Of a stretch of 64,000 bases of DNA, positions 1 through 11,947 are shown piece by piece. Made by a program: the position numbers and the translations under genes. The notes under the pieces were generated by a model, which saw nothing but the letters and a program-made list of their open reading frames with translations, did no database searches and had not been told where the DNA came from. The DNA lies in the sequence record OR538032.1; one strand, given 5' to 3'. Every line of letters begins with the position of its first letter. Position 1 is the first letter of the stretch.

Positions 1-55
1 TGTTTGTACTCATATTATTGAAAAGACGCTCACAGAGCGTTTTAGAGAGGAACGT

Positions 56-2366
<2,311 letters not shown>

Positions 2367-2367
2367 T

Positions 2368-2375
2368 TATAAATA
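2368..2375 (+). promoter_or_regulatory. T4-type late promoter TATAAATA
   Basis: exact gp55 consensus upstream of gp18. Confidence 0.9.
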
Positions 2376-2412
2376 TTGAATGAACAAACAACTTAATGGT
2401 AAGGAAAAATAA

Positions 2413-4428
2413 ATGACTCTTTTATCTCCGGGCATCGAAAATAAAGAGATTAACCTTGCAAGTGCTATCGGTCGTGCGGCTACAGGTCGTGCGGCTATGG
2501 TGGGGAAATTTGAGTGGGGTCCAGCTTACAGCATCACTCAGGTAACTTCAGAGTCTGACTTGGTTACTATTTTCGGTCGTCCAAACGACTATACCGCAGC
2601 TTCATTCATGACTGCAAACAACTTCTTGAAGTATGGTAACGATCTGCGTTTGGTTCGTATCTGTGATGCAACAACTGCACAGAACGCGACTCCACTGTAC
2701 AACGCAGTTGAATACACCATCGGTGCTTCAAACGGTTGTGTTGTGGGTGATGACATTACAATCACTTACTCGGGCGTTGGTGCGCTAACTGCAAAGGGTA
2801 AAGTTCTAGAAGTTGACGCTGGTAACAACAACGCTGCATCGAAGATTTTCTTGCCTTCTGCTGAAATCGTCGCTGCTGCGAAAGCTGACGGGAACTACCC
2901 GAGTGTGGGTACTATCACACTTCAGCCAACTCAAGGTGACATTGCACTAACAAACATTGAAATTATCGACACGGGTTCAGTTTACTTCCCTAACATCGAG
3001 CTTGCTTTTGATGCGTTGACAGCAATCGAAACTGAAGGCGGTGCGCTGAAATACGCTGATCTAATCGAGAAGCAAGGTTTCCCACGTCTTTCTGCACGCT
3101 ATGTAGGCGACTTTGGTGATGCAATCTCAGTAGAGATCATCAACTACGCTGATTATCAGACTGCATTTGCATTCGCAGCGGGTCACACACTAGGCGACAT
3201 CGAACTTCCAATCTACCCAGATGGCGGTACACGTTCGATCAACCTATCGAGCTACTTCACATTCGGTCCGTCGAACAGCAATCAATACGCTGTAATCGTT
3301 CGTGTATCTGGTGAAGTTGAAGAAGCGTTCATCGTTTCGACTAACCCAGGCGACAAAGACGTAAACGGTCAATCAATCTTCATTGATGAGTACTTTGAAA
3401 ACAGTGGGTCGGCTTACATCACTGCTATCGCAGAGGGATGGAAAACTGAATCTGGTGCGTACAACTTCGGTGGTGGCTCAGATGCTAACGCAGGTGCTGA
3501 CGATTGGATGTTCGGTCTAGACATGCTATCTGACCCAGAAGTGCTTTACACTAACCTAGTTATTGCGGGTAACGCGGCGGCTGAAGAAGTTTCAATTGCT
3601 TCAACTGTTCAGAAATACGCGATTGACTCAGTTGGTAACGTTCGTCAAGACTGTGTGGTATTCGTATCTCCGCCTCAGTCACTGATTGTTAACAAGCAAG
3701 CAGGTACTGCGGTAGCGAATATTCAAGGCTGGCGTACGGGCATCGACCCTACGAATGGTCAAGCAGTAGTTGACAATCTAAACGTAAGCACAACTTACGC
3801 AGTGATTGACGGCAACTATAAGTATCAATACGACAAGTACAACGACCGCAATCGCTGGGTTCCACTAGCAGGTGATATTGCTGGTCTATGTGCGTACACT
3901 GATCAAGTATCACAACCTTGGATGTCGCCAGCGGGCTTCAACCGTGGTCAGATCAAGGGCGTAAACCGTCTAGCAGTAGACTTGCGTCGTGCGCATCGTG
4001 ATGCACTGTATCAAATCGGTATCAACCCTGTAGTCGGCTTTGCTGGTCAAGGTTTCGTACTGTACGGTGATAAGACTGCTACACAGCAAGCAAGTGCATT
4101 TGACCGCATCAACGTGCGTCGCCTGTTCAACTTGCTGAAGAAAGCAATCTCAGACGCTGCTAAGTACCGCCTATTTGAATTGAACGATGAGTTCACACGC
4201 TCAAGCTTCAAGTCAGAGATCGACGCTTACTTGACTAACATTCAAGATCTAGGTGGCGTATACGACTTCCGCGTTGTGTGTGATGAGACTAACAACCCTG
4301 GCTCTGTCATCGACAGAAACGAGTTTGTGGCAAGTATCTACGTGAAACCTGCTAAGTCAATCAACTTCATTACGCTGAACTTCGTAGCAACGTCAACTGA
4401 CGCTGACTTCGCAGAAATCATCGGTTAA
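2413..4428 (+). CDS. gp18: tail sheath protein
   Basis: MTLLSPGIENKE start, GKFEWGP, PWMSPAG, FDRINVRRLF motifs. Confidence 0.98.
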   Translation: MTLLSPGIENKEINLASAIGRAATGRAAMVGKFEWGPAYSITQVTSESDLVTIFGRPNDYTAASFMTANNFLKYGNDLRLVRICDATTAQNATPLYNAVEYTIGASNGCVVGDDITITYSGVGALTAKGKVLEVDAGNNNAASKIFLPSAEIVAAAKADGNYPSVGTITLQPTQGDIALTNIEIIDTGSVYFPNIELAFDALTAIETEGGALKYADLIEKQGFPRLSARYVGDFGDAISVEIINYADYQTAFAFAAGHTLGDIELPIYPDGGTRSINLSSYFTFGPSNSNQYAVIVRVSGEVEEAFIVSTNPGDKDVNGQSIFIDEYFENSGSAYITAIAEGWKTESGAYNFGGGSDANAGADDWMFGLDMLSDPEVLYTNLVIAGNAAAEEVSIASTVQKYAIDSVGNVRQDCVVFVSPPQSLIVNKQAGTAVANIQGWRTGIDPTNGQAVVDNLNVSTTYAVIDGNYKYQYDKYNDRNRWVPLAGDIAGLCAYTDQVSQPWMSPAGFNRGQIKGVNRLAVDLRRAHRDALYQIGINPVVGFAGQGFVLYGDKTATQQASAFDRINVRRLFNLLKKAISDAAKYRLFELNDEFTRSSFKSEIDAYLTNIQDLGGVYDFRVVCDETNNPGSVIDRNEFVASIYVKPAKSINFITLNFVATSTDADFAEIIG

Positions 4429-4438
4429 GAGCAATCAC

Positions 4439-4458
4439 GAGGGGCTAAAAAGCCCCTC
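4439..4458 (+). terminator. hairpin after gp18
   Basis: GAGGGGC-TAAAAA-GCCCCTC stem; weak U tract; overlaps TCTAAATA. Confidence 0.55.
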
Positions 4459-4464
4459 TAAATA
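4457..4464 (+). promoter_or_regulatory. late promoter variant TCTAAATA
   Basis: one mismatch to TATAAATA, upstream of gp19; the same octamer recurs before other late-type genes. Confidence 0.65.
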
Positions 4465-4478
4465 AAAGGTAAGAGAAA

Positions 4479-4979
4479 ATGGCACTTAATGTAGACAACA
4501 TTAAAAGAGCTTTCAGCAACGGTGATTTCGCTCGTCCTAACTTGTTCGAAGTTGAGATTCCGTATCTGGGACAGAACTTTAAATTTCAATGTCGCGCCTC
4601 TTCAATGCCGCCGGGCAGTGTTGAGAAAGTGGAAGTTTCATATCAAAACCGTAAGTACAACATTGCGGGCGACCGTACGTTCGACGATTGGAACGTTACT
4701 GTGTACAACGATGAAACTCACGACATTCGCAAAGCAATTATGGCATGGCAAGCTCGTGCTGTAGGCTTAGGCAAAGACATTTCAGGTGAAACGCCTGATC
4801 AGTACAAACGTACTGGTACAATCACACAGTTAGACCGTAACGGTGATCCGACTACTTCGGCAACTGTATACGGAATTTTCCCGACTGTGGTGGGTGAAGT
4901 TGCGCTTGACTGGGATTCAAACAACGAAATCGAAACGTTTGAAGTAACATTCAGCCTTGATTACTTCACATTAGATTAA
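4479..4979 (+). CDS. gp19: tail tube protein
   Basis: FARPNLFEVEIP, AGDRTFDDW, LDWDSNNEIETFEVTF. Confidence 0.97.
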   Translation: MALNVDNIKRAFSNGDFARPNLFEVEIPYLGQNFKFQCRASSMPPGSVEKVEVSYQNRKYNIAGDRTFDDWNVTVYNDETHDIRKAIMAWQARAVGLGKDISGETPDQYKRTGTITQLDRNGDPTTSATVYGIFPTVVGEVALDWDSNNEIETFEVTFSLDYFTLD

Positions 4980-4986
4980 GAACAAT

Positions 4987-5003
4987 AGGGGCGTTCAGCC
5001 CCT
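4987..5003 (+). terminator. hairpin after gp19
   Basis: AGGGGC-GTTCA-GCCCCT followed by TTATT. Confidence 0.6.
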
Positions 5004-5018
5004 TTATTGAGGTAAAAT

Positions 5019-6566
5019 ATGTTAGAGTTTATGAAATTCTGGACAAAAGAAGAAGAGCAGGACATTCAAAAAATCGAGAAAAACCCTGTCCGTTCGTTTT
5101 CTGCGCCAGATAACGTAGATGGTGCTAAAGAGATTCATACTAACTTATTAGCACCTCAACTTGGTCATGCAATTATCCCGTCGGATGCTCAATCTGAAGG
5201 GACGATTCCAGTTAAGGAACTAATCAAGAGCTATCGTGCTCTAGCAGAATATCACGAAGTCGATGATGCGATTCAAGAAATCGTCGATGAAGCAATCGTT
5301 TATGAAAACGATAAAGAAGTTGTGTGGTTGAACTTAGACAACACCGACTTTTCAGAAAATATCAAAGCTAAGATCAATGAAGAATTCGACCGCGTTGTAA
5401 GCTTGCTTCAAATGCGTAAACATGGTTACAAGTGGTTTAGAAAGTGGTATGTTGACTCTCGAATCTATTTCCACAAAATCTTAGACAAAGATAACAACAT
5501 TATCGAATTGCGCCCGCTAAACCCGATGAAAATGGAGCTAGTGCGCGAGATTCAGAAAGAAACTATTGATGGCGTAGAAGTTGTAAAAGGAACGCTTGAG
5601 TATTACGTTTACAAGCAGTCTGACTACAAAATGCCGTCATGGATGAGCGCAACAAACCGTGCTCAGACATCATTCAGAATTCCAAAAGATGCAATTGTTT
5701 TCGCTCACAGCGGATTAATGCGCGGTTGTGCCGATGACCCGTACATTATCGGTTATCTTGATCGTGCTATCAAGCCTGCAAACCAGTTGAAAATGCTAGA
5801 AGATGCGTTGGTAATCTATCGTCTAGCACGTGCGCCCGAGCGTCGCGTATTCTATGTTGACGTTGGTAACTTGCCGACTCAGAAAGCACAGCAATACGTA
5901 AATGGTATCATGCAAAACGTTAAAAATCGCGTTGTGTACGACACACAGACTGGTCAAGTTAAAAATACGACTAATGCAATGTCGATGCTTGAAGACTACT
6001 ACCTACCACGCCGAGAAGGTTCGAAGGGTACTGAGGTAAGCACACTACCTGGCGGTCAGTCGCTTGGAGACATCGAAGACGTATTGTACTTCAACCGTAA
6101 GTTGTATAAAGCAATGCGAATTCCGACATCACGTGCAGCGTCTGAAGATCAGACGGGCGGTATTAACTTCGGTCAGGGCGCAGAAATCACACGTGACGAA
6201 TTGAAGTTTACTAAATTCGTGAAGCGTTTGCAAACAAAATTCGAAACTGTAATTACCGATCCGCTTAAACATCAGTTGATTGTAAATAATATCATAACTG
6301 AAGAAGAGTGGGATGCTAATCATGAAAAACTTTACGTTGTATTCAACCAAGACTCATATTTTGAAGAGGCTAAGGAATTAGAGATTCTAAATAGTCGTAT
6401 GAACGCAATGCGTGACATTCAAGATTATGCTGGGAAATATTACAGTCATAAATACATTCAGAAAAACATTTTACGTTTGTCTGACGATCAGATCACTGCA
6501 ATGCAGAGCGAAATTGATGAAGAAGAGACAAACCCACGATTCCAACAAGACGATCAAGGATTTTAG
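5019..6566 (+). CDS. gp20: portal protein
   Basis: LEDALVIYRLARAPERRVFYVDVGNLP, EITRDELKF. Confidence 0.98.
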   Translation: MLEFMKFWTKEEEQDIQKIEKNPVRSFSAPDNVDGAKEIHTNLLAPQLGHAIIPSDAQSEGTIPVKELIKSYRALAEYHEVDDAIQEIVDEAIVYENDKEVVWLNLDNTDFSENIKAKINEEFDRVVSLLQMRKHGYKWFRKWYVDSRIYFHKILDKDNNIIELRPLNPMKMELVREIQKETIDGVEVVKGTLEYYVYKQSDYKMPSWMSATNRAQTSFRIPKDAIVFAHSGLMRGCADDPYIIGYLDRAIKPANQLKMLEDALVIYRLARAPERRVFYVDVGNLPTQKAQQYVNGIMQNVKNRVVYDTQTGQVKNTTNAMSMLEDYYLPRREGSKGTEVSTLPGGQSLGDIEDVLYFNRKLYKAMRIPTSRAASEDQTGGINFGQGAEITRDELKFTKFVKRLQTKFETVITDPLKHQLIVNNIITEEEWDANHEKLYVVFNQDSYFEEAKELEILNSRMNAMRDIQDYAGKYYSHKYIQKNILRLSDDQITAMQSEIDEEETNPRFQQDDQGF

Positions 6567-6578
6567 AGGTAGCAGATT

Positions 6579-6746
6579 ATGAGCTTAGAAACAATGGTAG
6601 CAGCGGCACGCGACGGTAAACTAGCAGATTTTGAAGCGCAATTCCGCCAAGAAATCGGGCAACGTGTAGCGGCTCGCATTGACGACATGAAGCAAGAGCT
6701 TGGTCGCTCAATCAAAGTAGACGGTGAAATCAATCAGGAGGACTAA
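6579..6746 (+). CDS. gp67: prohead core protein, 55 aa (not in ORF track)
   Basis: hand translation MSLETMVAAARDGKLADFEAQFRQEIGQRVAARIDDMKQELGRSIKVDGEINQED; GAGG RBS; canonical position between genes 20 and 68; TAATG coupling to 68. Confidence 0.85.
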   Translation: MSLETMVAAARDGKLADFEAQFRQEIGQRVAARIDDMKQELGRSIKVDGEINQED

Positions 6747-7237
6747 TGAAGTTCATTTCCGAAGCCGTACAAGAGAAAATGGTTGAAGACTTGGTTGAAG
6801 CAGTACTTGGCGGTCATCTTGATCGTCAAGATATTAGCGACACAATCAAGGCGTTCGCCGAAGCTGAAGACATCGGCGTACACAGCAATAAAGACATCAC
6901 AGATGAAGTCAATGTTGTTCTTGACGTGCTGAGTTCTCTTGAAAACGGATTAACATTTGAAGAAGCATGTGCAGAGTTCAATCTGTCTGAAAAACTGGTT
7001 AAGCAAGTATCGGTAGCTAATCAGAAAGCGGGCGGGCCTCTGATCTCTAAGCGCATCGACCGAAAAACTGCCTCACGAAAAGCGACGCAGACAACTGGTC
7101 TAAGTAAATCGAAGAGACAAAAAACGGCTCGCAAAGCAGCTAAAACGCGCAGACGCCAAAAGGGCACAAGTGCAGAGCGAAAAGCTAATAAGTTGCGTAA
7201 AAAGTCGCTGAAGAAGCGTAAGCAAATGGGGCTTTAA
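6746..7237 (+). CDS. gp68: prohead core protein
   Basis: acidic N-half, very basic C-half (LSKSKRQKTARKAAKTRRR ... RKKSLKKRKQMGL); synteny. Confidence 0.9.
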   Translation: MKFISEAVQEKMVEDLVEAVLGGHLDRQDISDTIKAFAEAEDIGVHSNKDITDEVNVVLDVLSSLENGLTFEEACAEFNLSEKLVKQVSVANQKAGGPLISKRIDRKTASRKATQTTGLSKSKRQKTARKAAKTRRRQKGTSAERKANKLRKKSLKKRKQMGL

Positions 7238-7239
7238 TT

Positions 7240-7881
7240 ATGGAATTACAACTCTTAATTGAAGACTGGGGCGTATCGAGCTATGCAACTGCTGAGACTG
7301 GCGAAAAGCCGCTTGTTGAAGCGAAAATGCCCGCTGAAAAAGGCGGCGACTTGTACATTGAGGGTATTTTCATGCAATCGAATGTCGTGAACCGTAATGG
7401 TCGCAGATATCCGAAAAAAGTCATGGAAAATGCCGTATCTAAATACATTCAAGAGCAAGTCAAGACGAATCAAGCGTTGGGCGAGCTTAATCACCCTAGC
7501 CGTTCGAACGTCGATCCTGCTGAAGCTGCAATTCGTATCACTGAGTTGTGGTGGGATGGCGATAACGTAATGGGAAAAGCAATCGTACTAAATACTCCGA
7601 AGGGACAAATCGTACGCGGTCTAATCGAAGGCGGTTGGGTTCCGGGCGTAAGTTCACGAGGTCTTGGTTCAGTTAAGCAAGTTGACGGGATCAACGAAGT
7701 ACAAGACTTTCGTCTTACAGTTGGTGTAGATGTAGTGTGGGGTCCGAGTGCGCCTGCTGCATACGTTAAGCCAGTAACTGAGTCAAATGAAGCTGCTAAA
7801 TCAGTAAAAACAGAAGAAATTACAGAAAGTAATGACGCTGAGTTTGCGAAACTAGCGGAAACGTTAAAAACTCTCTTATAA
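7240..7881 (+). CDS. gp21: prohead protease
   Basis: LYIEGIFMQ, NRNGRRYP, GELNHP, GVSSRGLGS, DVVWGPSAPAA. Confidence 0.97.
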   Translation: MELQLLIEDWGVSSYATAETGEKPLVEAKMPAEKGGDLYIEGIFMQSNVVNRNGRRYPKKVMENAVSKYIQEQVKTNQALGELNHPSRSNVDPAEAAIRITELWWDGDNVMGKAIVLNTPKGQIVRGLIEGGWVPGVSSRGLGSVKQVDGINEVQDFRLTVGVDVVWGPSAPAAYVKPVTESNEAAKSVKTEEITESNDAEFAKLAETLKTLL

Positions 7882-7884
7882 ATA
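7877..7884 (+). promoter_or_regulatory. late promoter TATAAATA
   Basis: exact consensus upstream of gp22. Confidence 0.88.
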
Positions 7885-7913
7885 TATAAAACATATTTAA
7901 GGAATTGAAGAAG

Positions 7914-8756
7914 ATGCAAATCAAAGAGCAACTACTTGAAGCGGTATCAAAAGACGATACTAAAATCACTACTGCTTTGGATGGCATTTTTGAATCAGTT
8001 GAACTTTCCGAAGATGTTCGTAATAAGTTCAGCACTGTTTTCGAAAGTGTAATCAAGACTAAAGCCGTTGAGCTTGCTGAAGCACATATTGCTGAAGCTG
8101 CTGAAAAGGCTGAAGCAGTAATCAACGAACACAAAGAAGAGCTAAATGAAGCTGCTGAAAAATACGGCGAACATCTAGCAGAGCAAATGGCGAACAAACT
8201 TGATTCATACCTAGATCACGTTGTTGAAGCTTGGATGGCTGAAAACAAACTAGCGGTTGAAAATGGTCTGAAAGTTTCTATGTTCGACGGCTTGATGGAA
8301 GGCATGAAAAATGTATTCATCGAGAACAACGTTCACTGCCCAGACGAGAAGATCGACATGATCGAAGCTCTTGAAGAAAACATTCAAGATCTTGAAAGCC
8401 GTCTAGACGCAGTTATCGTCGAAAACCGCCAACACAAAGAATACGCTAACTACGTAGAGAAAAACATCATCATCGAGCGCGTGACTGCTGGTATGGCTGA
8501 ATCTCAAAAAGAGAAAGTTGCTGACCTAGCCGAGTCAATCCGCTTCGACGAGAACTTTGAAGACAATCTAAATAGTGTTATCAAGTTCGCTTCTGGTATC
8601 AAGCTTGCTGAAAAAGAAGATATGGAAGATGACAAGAAGCCGGCTGAGAAAAAAGACGGTGAAGACGACGCTGAGAAGAAAGACGACAAAGAAATGAAAG
8701 AATCCGCAGTACCATCTATGGCTGCATACTTGAAAGCTGCTCGTACTACTCGATAA
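7914..8756 (+). CDS. gp22: prohead scaffolding protein
   Basis: coiled-coil, LDSYLDHVVEAWMAENKLAVENGLK motif; between 21 and 23; ATG 7914 chosen (track starts at TTG 7905). Confidence 0.93.
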   Translation: MQIKEQLLEAVSKDDTKITTALDGIFESVELSEDVRNKFSTVFESVIKTKAVELAEAHIAEAAEKAEAVINEHKEELNEAAEKYGEHLAEQMANKLDSYLDHVVEAWMAENKLAVENGLKVSMFDGLMEGMKNVFIENNVHCPDEKIDMIEALEENIQDLESRLDAVIVENRQHKEYANYVEKNIIIERVTAGMAESQKEKVADLAESIRFDENFEDNLNSVIKFASGIKLAEKEDMEDDKKPAEKKDGEDDAEKKDDKEMKESAVPSMAAYLKAARTTR

Positions 8757-8780
8757 GCAATAAAACGTGATTTCACGTTA

Positions 8781-8788
8781 TATAAATA
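8781..8788 (+). promoter_or_regulatory. late promoter TATAAATA
   Basis: exact consensus upstream of gp23. Confidence 0.9.
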
Positions 8789-8826
8789 CTTTTGTAAATT
8801 TTAGAATTAATTAAGGAATCATTCAA

Positions 8827-10371
8827 ATGAACCTAACTGAAAAATGGAAAGACTTGCTTGAAGCAGAAGGTGCGGATATGCCAGAGATTGCAACTGCAAC
8901 TAAGCAAAAAATCATGTCGAAAATCTTTGAAAACCAAGATCGCGACATCAACAACGATCCGATGTATCGTGACCCGCAACTTGTTGAAGCATTCAATGCT
9001 GGTCTTAACGAAGCTGTAGTTAACGGCGACCACGGTTACGATCCTGCGAATATCGCACAAGGCGTTACTACTGGTGCAGTAACTAACATCGGTCCTACCG
9101 TAATGGGTATGGTACGTCGTGCTATTCCACAGCTTATCGCTTTCGATATTGCTGGTGTCCAGCCAATGACTGGTCCAACTAGCCAAGTATTCACACTTCG
9201 CTCAGTATACGGTAAAGATCCTCTAACTGGCGCAGAAGCATTCCATCCGACTCGTCAAGCTGACGCTTCGTTCTCTGGTCAAGCTGCTGCATCGACGATT
9301 GCAGACTTCCCAACTACTGGTGCTGCAACTGACGGTACTCCGTACAAAGCTGAAGTAACTACTTCTGGTGGCGACGTTTCAATGCGTTACTTCCTAGCAC
9401 TAGGCGCTGTTACTCTAGCAGTAGCTGGTCAAATGACTGCAACTGAATACACTGACGGTGTTGCGGGTGGTCTGCTTGTTGAAATCGACGCTGGTATGGC
9501 AACTTCTCAGGCTGAACTACAAGAGAACTTCAACGGTTCAAGCAACAACGAGTGGAACGAAATGTCATTCCGCATCGACAAACAAGTTGTTGAAGCGAAA
9601 TCTCGTCAATTGAAAGCTCAATACTCAATCGAGCTTGCGCAAGACCTACGTGCTGTACACGGTCTAGACGCTGACGCTGAACTGAGCGGTATCCTAGCTA
9701 ACGAAGTAATGGTTGAACTGAACCGTGAAATCGTTAACCTAGTTAACTCTCAAGCTCAAATCGGTAAGTCTGGCTGGACTCAAGGCGCAGGTGCTGCTGG
9801 TGTGTTTGACTTCTCAGACGCAGTAGACGTGAAAGGCGCTCGTTGGGCTGGTGAAGCTTACAAAGCTCTATTGATCCAAATCGAAAAAGAAGCGAACGAA
9901 ATCGGTCGTCAAACTGGTCGTGGTAACGGTAACTTCATCATTGCATCACGCAACGTAGTTTCTGCACTATCAATGACTGATACTCTTGTTGGTCCTGCTG
10001 CACAAGGTATGCAAGACGGTTCAATGAACACTGACACTAACCAAACTGTGTTCGCGGGTGTTCTAGGTGGTCGCTTCAAAGTGTACATCGACCAATACGC
10101 AGTGAACGATTACTTCACAGTTGGTTTCAAAGGTTCTACTGAAATGGACGCTGGTGTGTTCTACTCACCTTACGTACCGCTGACTCCACTACGTGGTTCA
10201 GACAGCAAGAACTTCCAGCCAGTAATCGGGTTCAAGACTCGTTACGGTGTGCAAGTTAACCCATTCGCAGATCCAACTGCTTCGGCAACTAAAGTTGGTA
10301 ACGGTGCTCCAATCGCTGCATCAATGGGCAAAAACGCTTACTTCCGTCGCGTATTCGTTAAGGGTCTGTAA
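8827..10371 (+). CDS. gp23: major capsid protein
   Basis: RRAIPQLIAFDIAGVQPMTGPT, AKSRQLKAQYSIELAQDLRAVHG, FQPVIGFKTRYG. Confidence 0.99.
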   Translation: MNLTEKWKDLLEAEGADMPEIATATKQKIMSKIFENQDRDINNDPMYRDPQLVEAFNAGLNEAVVNGDHGYDPANIAQGVTTGAVTNIGPTVMGMVRRAIPQLIAFDIAGVQPMTGPTSQVFTLRSVYGKDPLTGAEAFHPTRQADASFSGQAAASTIADFPTTGAATDGTPYKAEVTTSGGDVSMRYFLALGAVTLAVAGQMTATEYTDGVAGGLLVEIDAGMATSQAELQENFNGSSNNEWNEMSFRIDKQVVEAKSRQLKAQYSIELAQDLRAVHGLDADAELSGILANEVMVELNREIVNLVNSQAQIGKSGWTQGAGAAGVFDFSDAVDVKGARWAGEAYKALLIQIEKEANEIGRQTGRGNGNFIIASRNVVSALSMTDTLVGPAAQGMQDGSMNTDTNQTVFAGVLGGRFKVYIDQYAVNDYFTVGFKGSTEMDAGVFYSPYVPLTPLRGSDSKNFQPVIGFKTRYGVQVNPFADPTASATKVGNGAPIAASMGKNAYFRRVFVKGL

Positions 10372-10396
10372 TAGACTCTTAATTGAAACAGACAAC

Positions 10397-10423
10397 AAAG
10401 GGGACTCTTCGGAGTCCCTTTTT
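10397..10423. terminator. bidirectional intrinsic terminator between gp23 and cca
   Basis: AAAGGGGACTC-TTCG-GAGTCCCTTTTT, UUCG loop, convergent genes. Confidence 0.9.
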
Positions 10424-10427
10424 GCGT

Positions 10428-11525
10428 TTATAGACTATGCAAATAATTGTAGGCGATACTGACTCGCTTATCTTCTAGAGCTTCGCCGTATGCAGGTCCC
10501 GGCTCAACGTCAACTTTGATATTTCGAGTTAGTTCAATTAACTCAGTGAGCATTTTACGCTTCACTTCATCTTTTACTTGCGATAATGCAACTTCGAACG
10601 GTAGACCTTCTTTGTATGCCCCTAGTTTACGTAAAACAATGACAATCGTTTCATCAAATGCATTAGCAACGTTTAGACTCATCAAGATCTCAGATGCTTT
10701 ATCAAATTGCTTAGTCGCACCGAATTTTCGAGTGTAACGATTACGATGGTCGAATGATGCCCATTTAGCAATTAGCTGCACATCTTCACACTTGAAAGGC
10801 ATACGATTGTAGAACTTCAATTCAAGCAATTCGCGTGCGCTAGGTACTGCACAGAACCCAATTTGACCTAAAAATGCGAAGTACATGTGCGCGTCTTTCT
10901 CAGACAGTGCTTTTTGAGTCTCTAGCCACACACGTTCTTTAGGTAGATTCTCAAGCATACCGTCATTGATCATCTTCTTGCATAGCTCAATCGTTTCTTC
11001 TGCGACTTTGAATCCCATGCTGTAGTAACGAGCATAGAAACGAGCAACACGCAGAACACGCAATGGGTCTTCAGCAAATGCTTCAGTCGTGTGACGAAGA
11101 ATCTTATTTTTCAAGTCGTCTAGACCCCCGTACGGGTCGATGATGTCATCAGTCGAGCCCCACATGAATAGACTATTCGGTGTCATGTCTGGTATAGCCA
11201 TTGAGTTGATAGTCAGATCTCGACGAGATAAGTCGTCTTCTAACGTAACACCGTCAGTTGTGAAAGTGAAGTCAGTAGTTTTACCGCCAGTGCTACGCTC
11301 TACACGAGCAAGCGCGACTTCATTACCGTCTTTATCAAGCCAAACAGGGAAATCAGCGCCGATTGGTTCGCCGTACATAGCCATCATTTGCTCATGCGTA
11401 CAACCGGTTACTACGTAATCAATGTCTTTCGGGAATCTAGACCAACCCTCGACATGTTTCAGAATGGAGTCGCGTACTGCGCCACCGACAATGTATTTTT
11501 TCATCAAGTTAAGATTCGCTTTCAT
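10428..11525 (-). CDS. cca: tRNA nucleotidyltransferase (class II, CCA-adding-like)
   Basis: YIVGGAVRD, DIDY, LEDDLSRRDLTINSMA, DPYGGLDDL, AFAEDPLRVLRVARF; AGGAG RBS; no recognisable C-terminal HD domain. Confidence 0.95.
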   Translation of the reverse strand: MKANLNLMKKYIVGGAVRDSILKHVEGWSRFPKDIDYVVTGCTHEQMMAMYGEPIGADFPVWLDKDGNEVALARVERSTGGKTTDFTFTTDGVTLEDDLSRRDLTINSMAIPDMTPNSLFMWGSTDDIIDPYGGLDDLKNKILRHTTEAFAEDPLRVLRVARFYARYYSMGFKVAEETIELCKKMINDGMLENLPKERVWLETQKALSEKDAHMYFAFLGQIGFCAVPSARELLELKFYNRMPFKCEDVQLIAKWASFDHRNRYTRKFGATKQFDKASEILMSLNVANAFDETIVIVLRKLGAYKEGLPFEVALSQVKDEVKRKMLTELIELTRNIKVDVEPGPAYGEALEDKRVSIAYNYLHSL

Positions 11526-11557
11526 TGTGCTCTCCTTTTGAACCTATACAGTACATG

Positions 11558-11565
11558 ACTAAATA
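11558..11565 (+). promoter_or_regulatory. possible late promoter ACTAAATA
   Basis: degenerate late consensus about 20 nt upstream of ORF 11585. Confidence 0.45.
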
Positions 11566-11584
11566 ATATAAGTCAACCAGATTT

Positions 11585-11938
11585 ATGGGAAGATTTATGG
11601 AATACACAAAATACGAGATTCAGAAATATCGTAGTCGTCGAAGTCATGGCATCAATCTGCCAGATTACAACGGAGCGATATACATCGACTTGCCAAGTAG
11701 CCCGTGTGGGTCTGATAGCAATTACTTTGCTGTACTGAACAGCGAAGAGCAAATCGCAGTTGAGATTGCATTTGGTGGGTATTACAACGAAACTGAGGGT
11801 GATAGAGACCCTATACCAGAAGATACCGATTTTCATTTGATTGGTTCTCAGGGTCATTATGAAGCTCAGGGTCGAATGTTTAATAGCAACTTGCGCGTAT
11901 GGCTGCGAGGGGCGGGTAAAATCACTATAATTTACTAA
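11585..11938 (+). CDS. hypothetical protein, possibly virion-associated
   Basis: 117-aa ORF cotranscribed with the fiber gene; no motif recognised. Confidence 0.7.
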   Translation: MGRFMEYTKYEIQKYRSRRSHGINLPDYNGAIYIDLPSSPCGSDSNYFAVLNSEEQIAVEIAFGGYYNETEGDRDPIPEDTDFHLIGSQGHYEAQGRMFNSNLRVWLRGAGKITIIY

Positions 11939-11947
11939 GGGAATACT

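Noticed and set aside
8764-8779. Palindrome AACGTGA-TT-TCACGTT just upstream of the gp23 late promoter
   Set aside because: Short, low-GC stem seen only once; cannot separate an operator or processing site from chance
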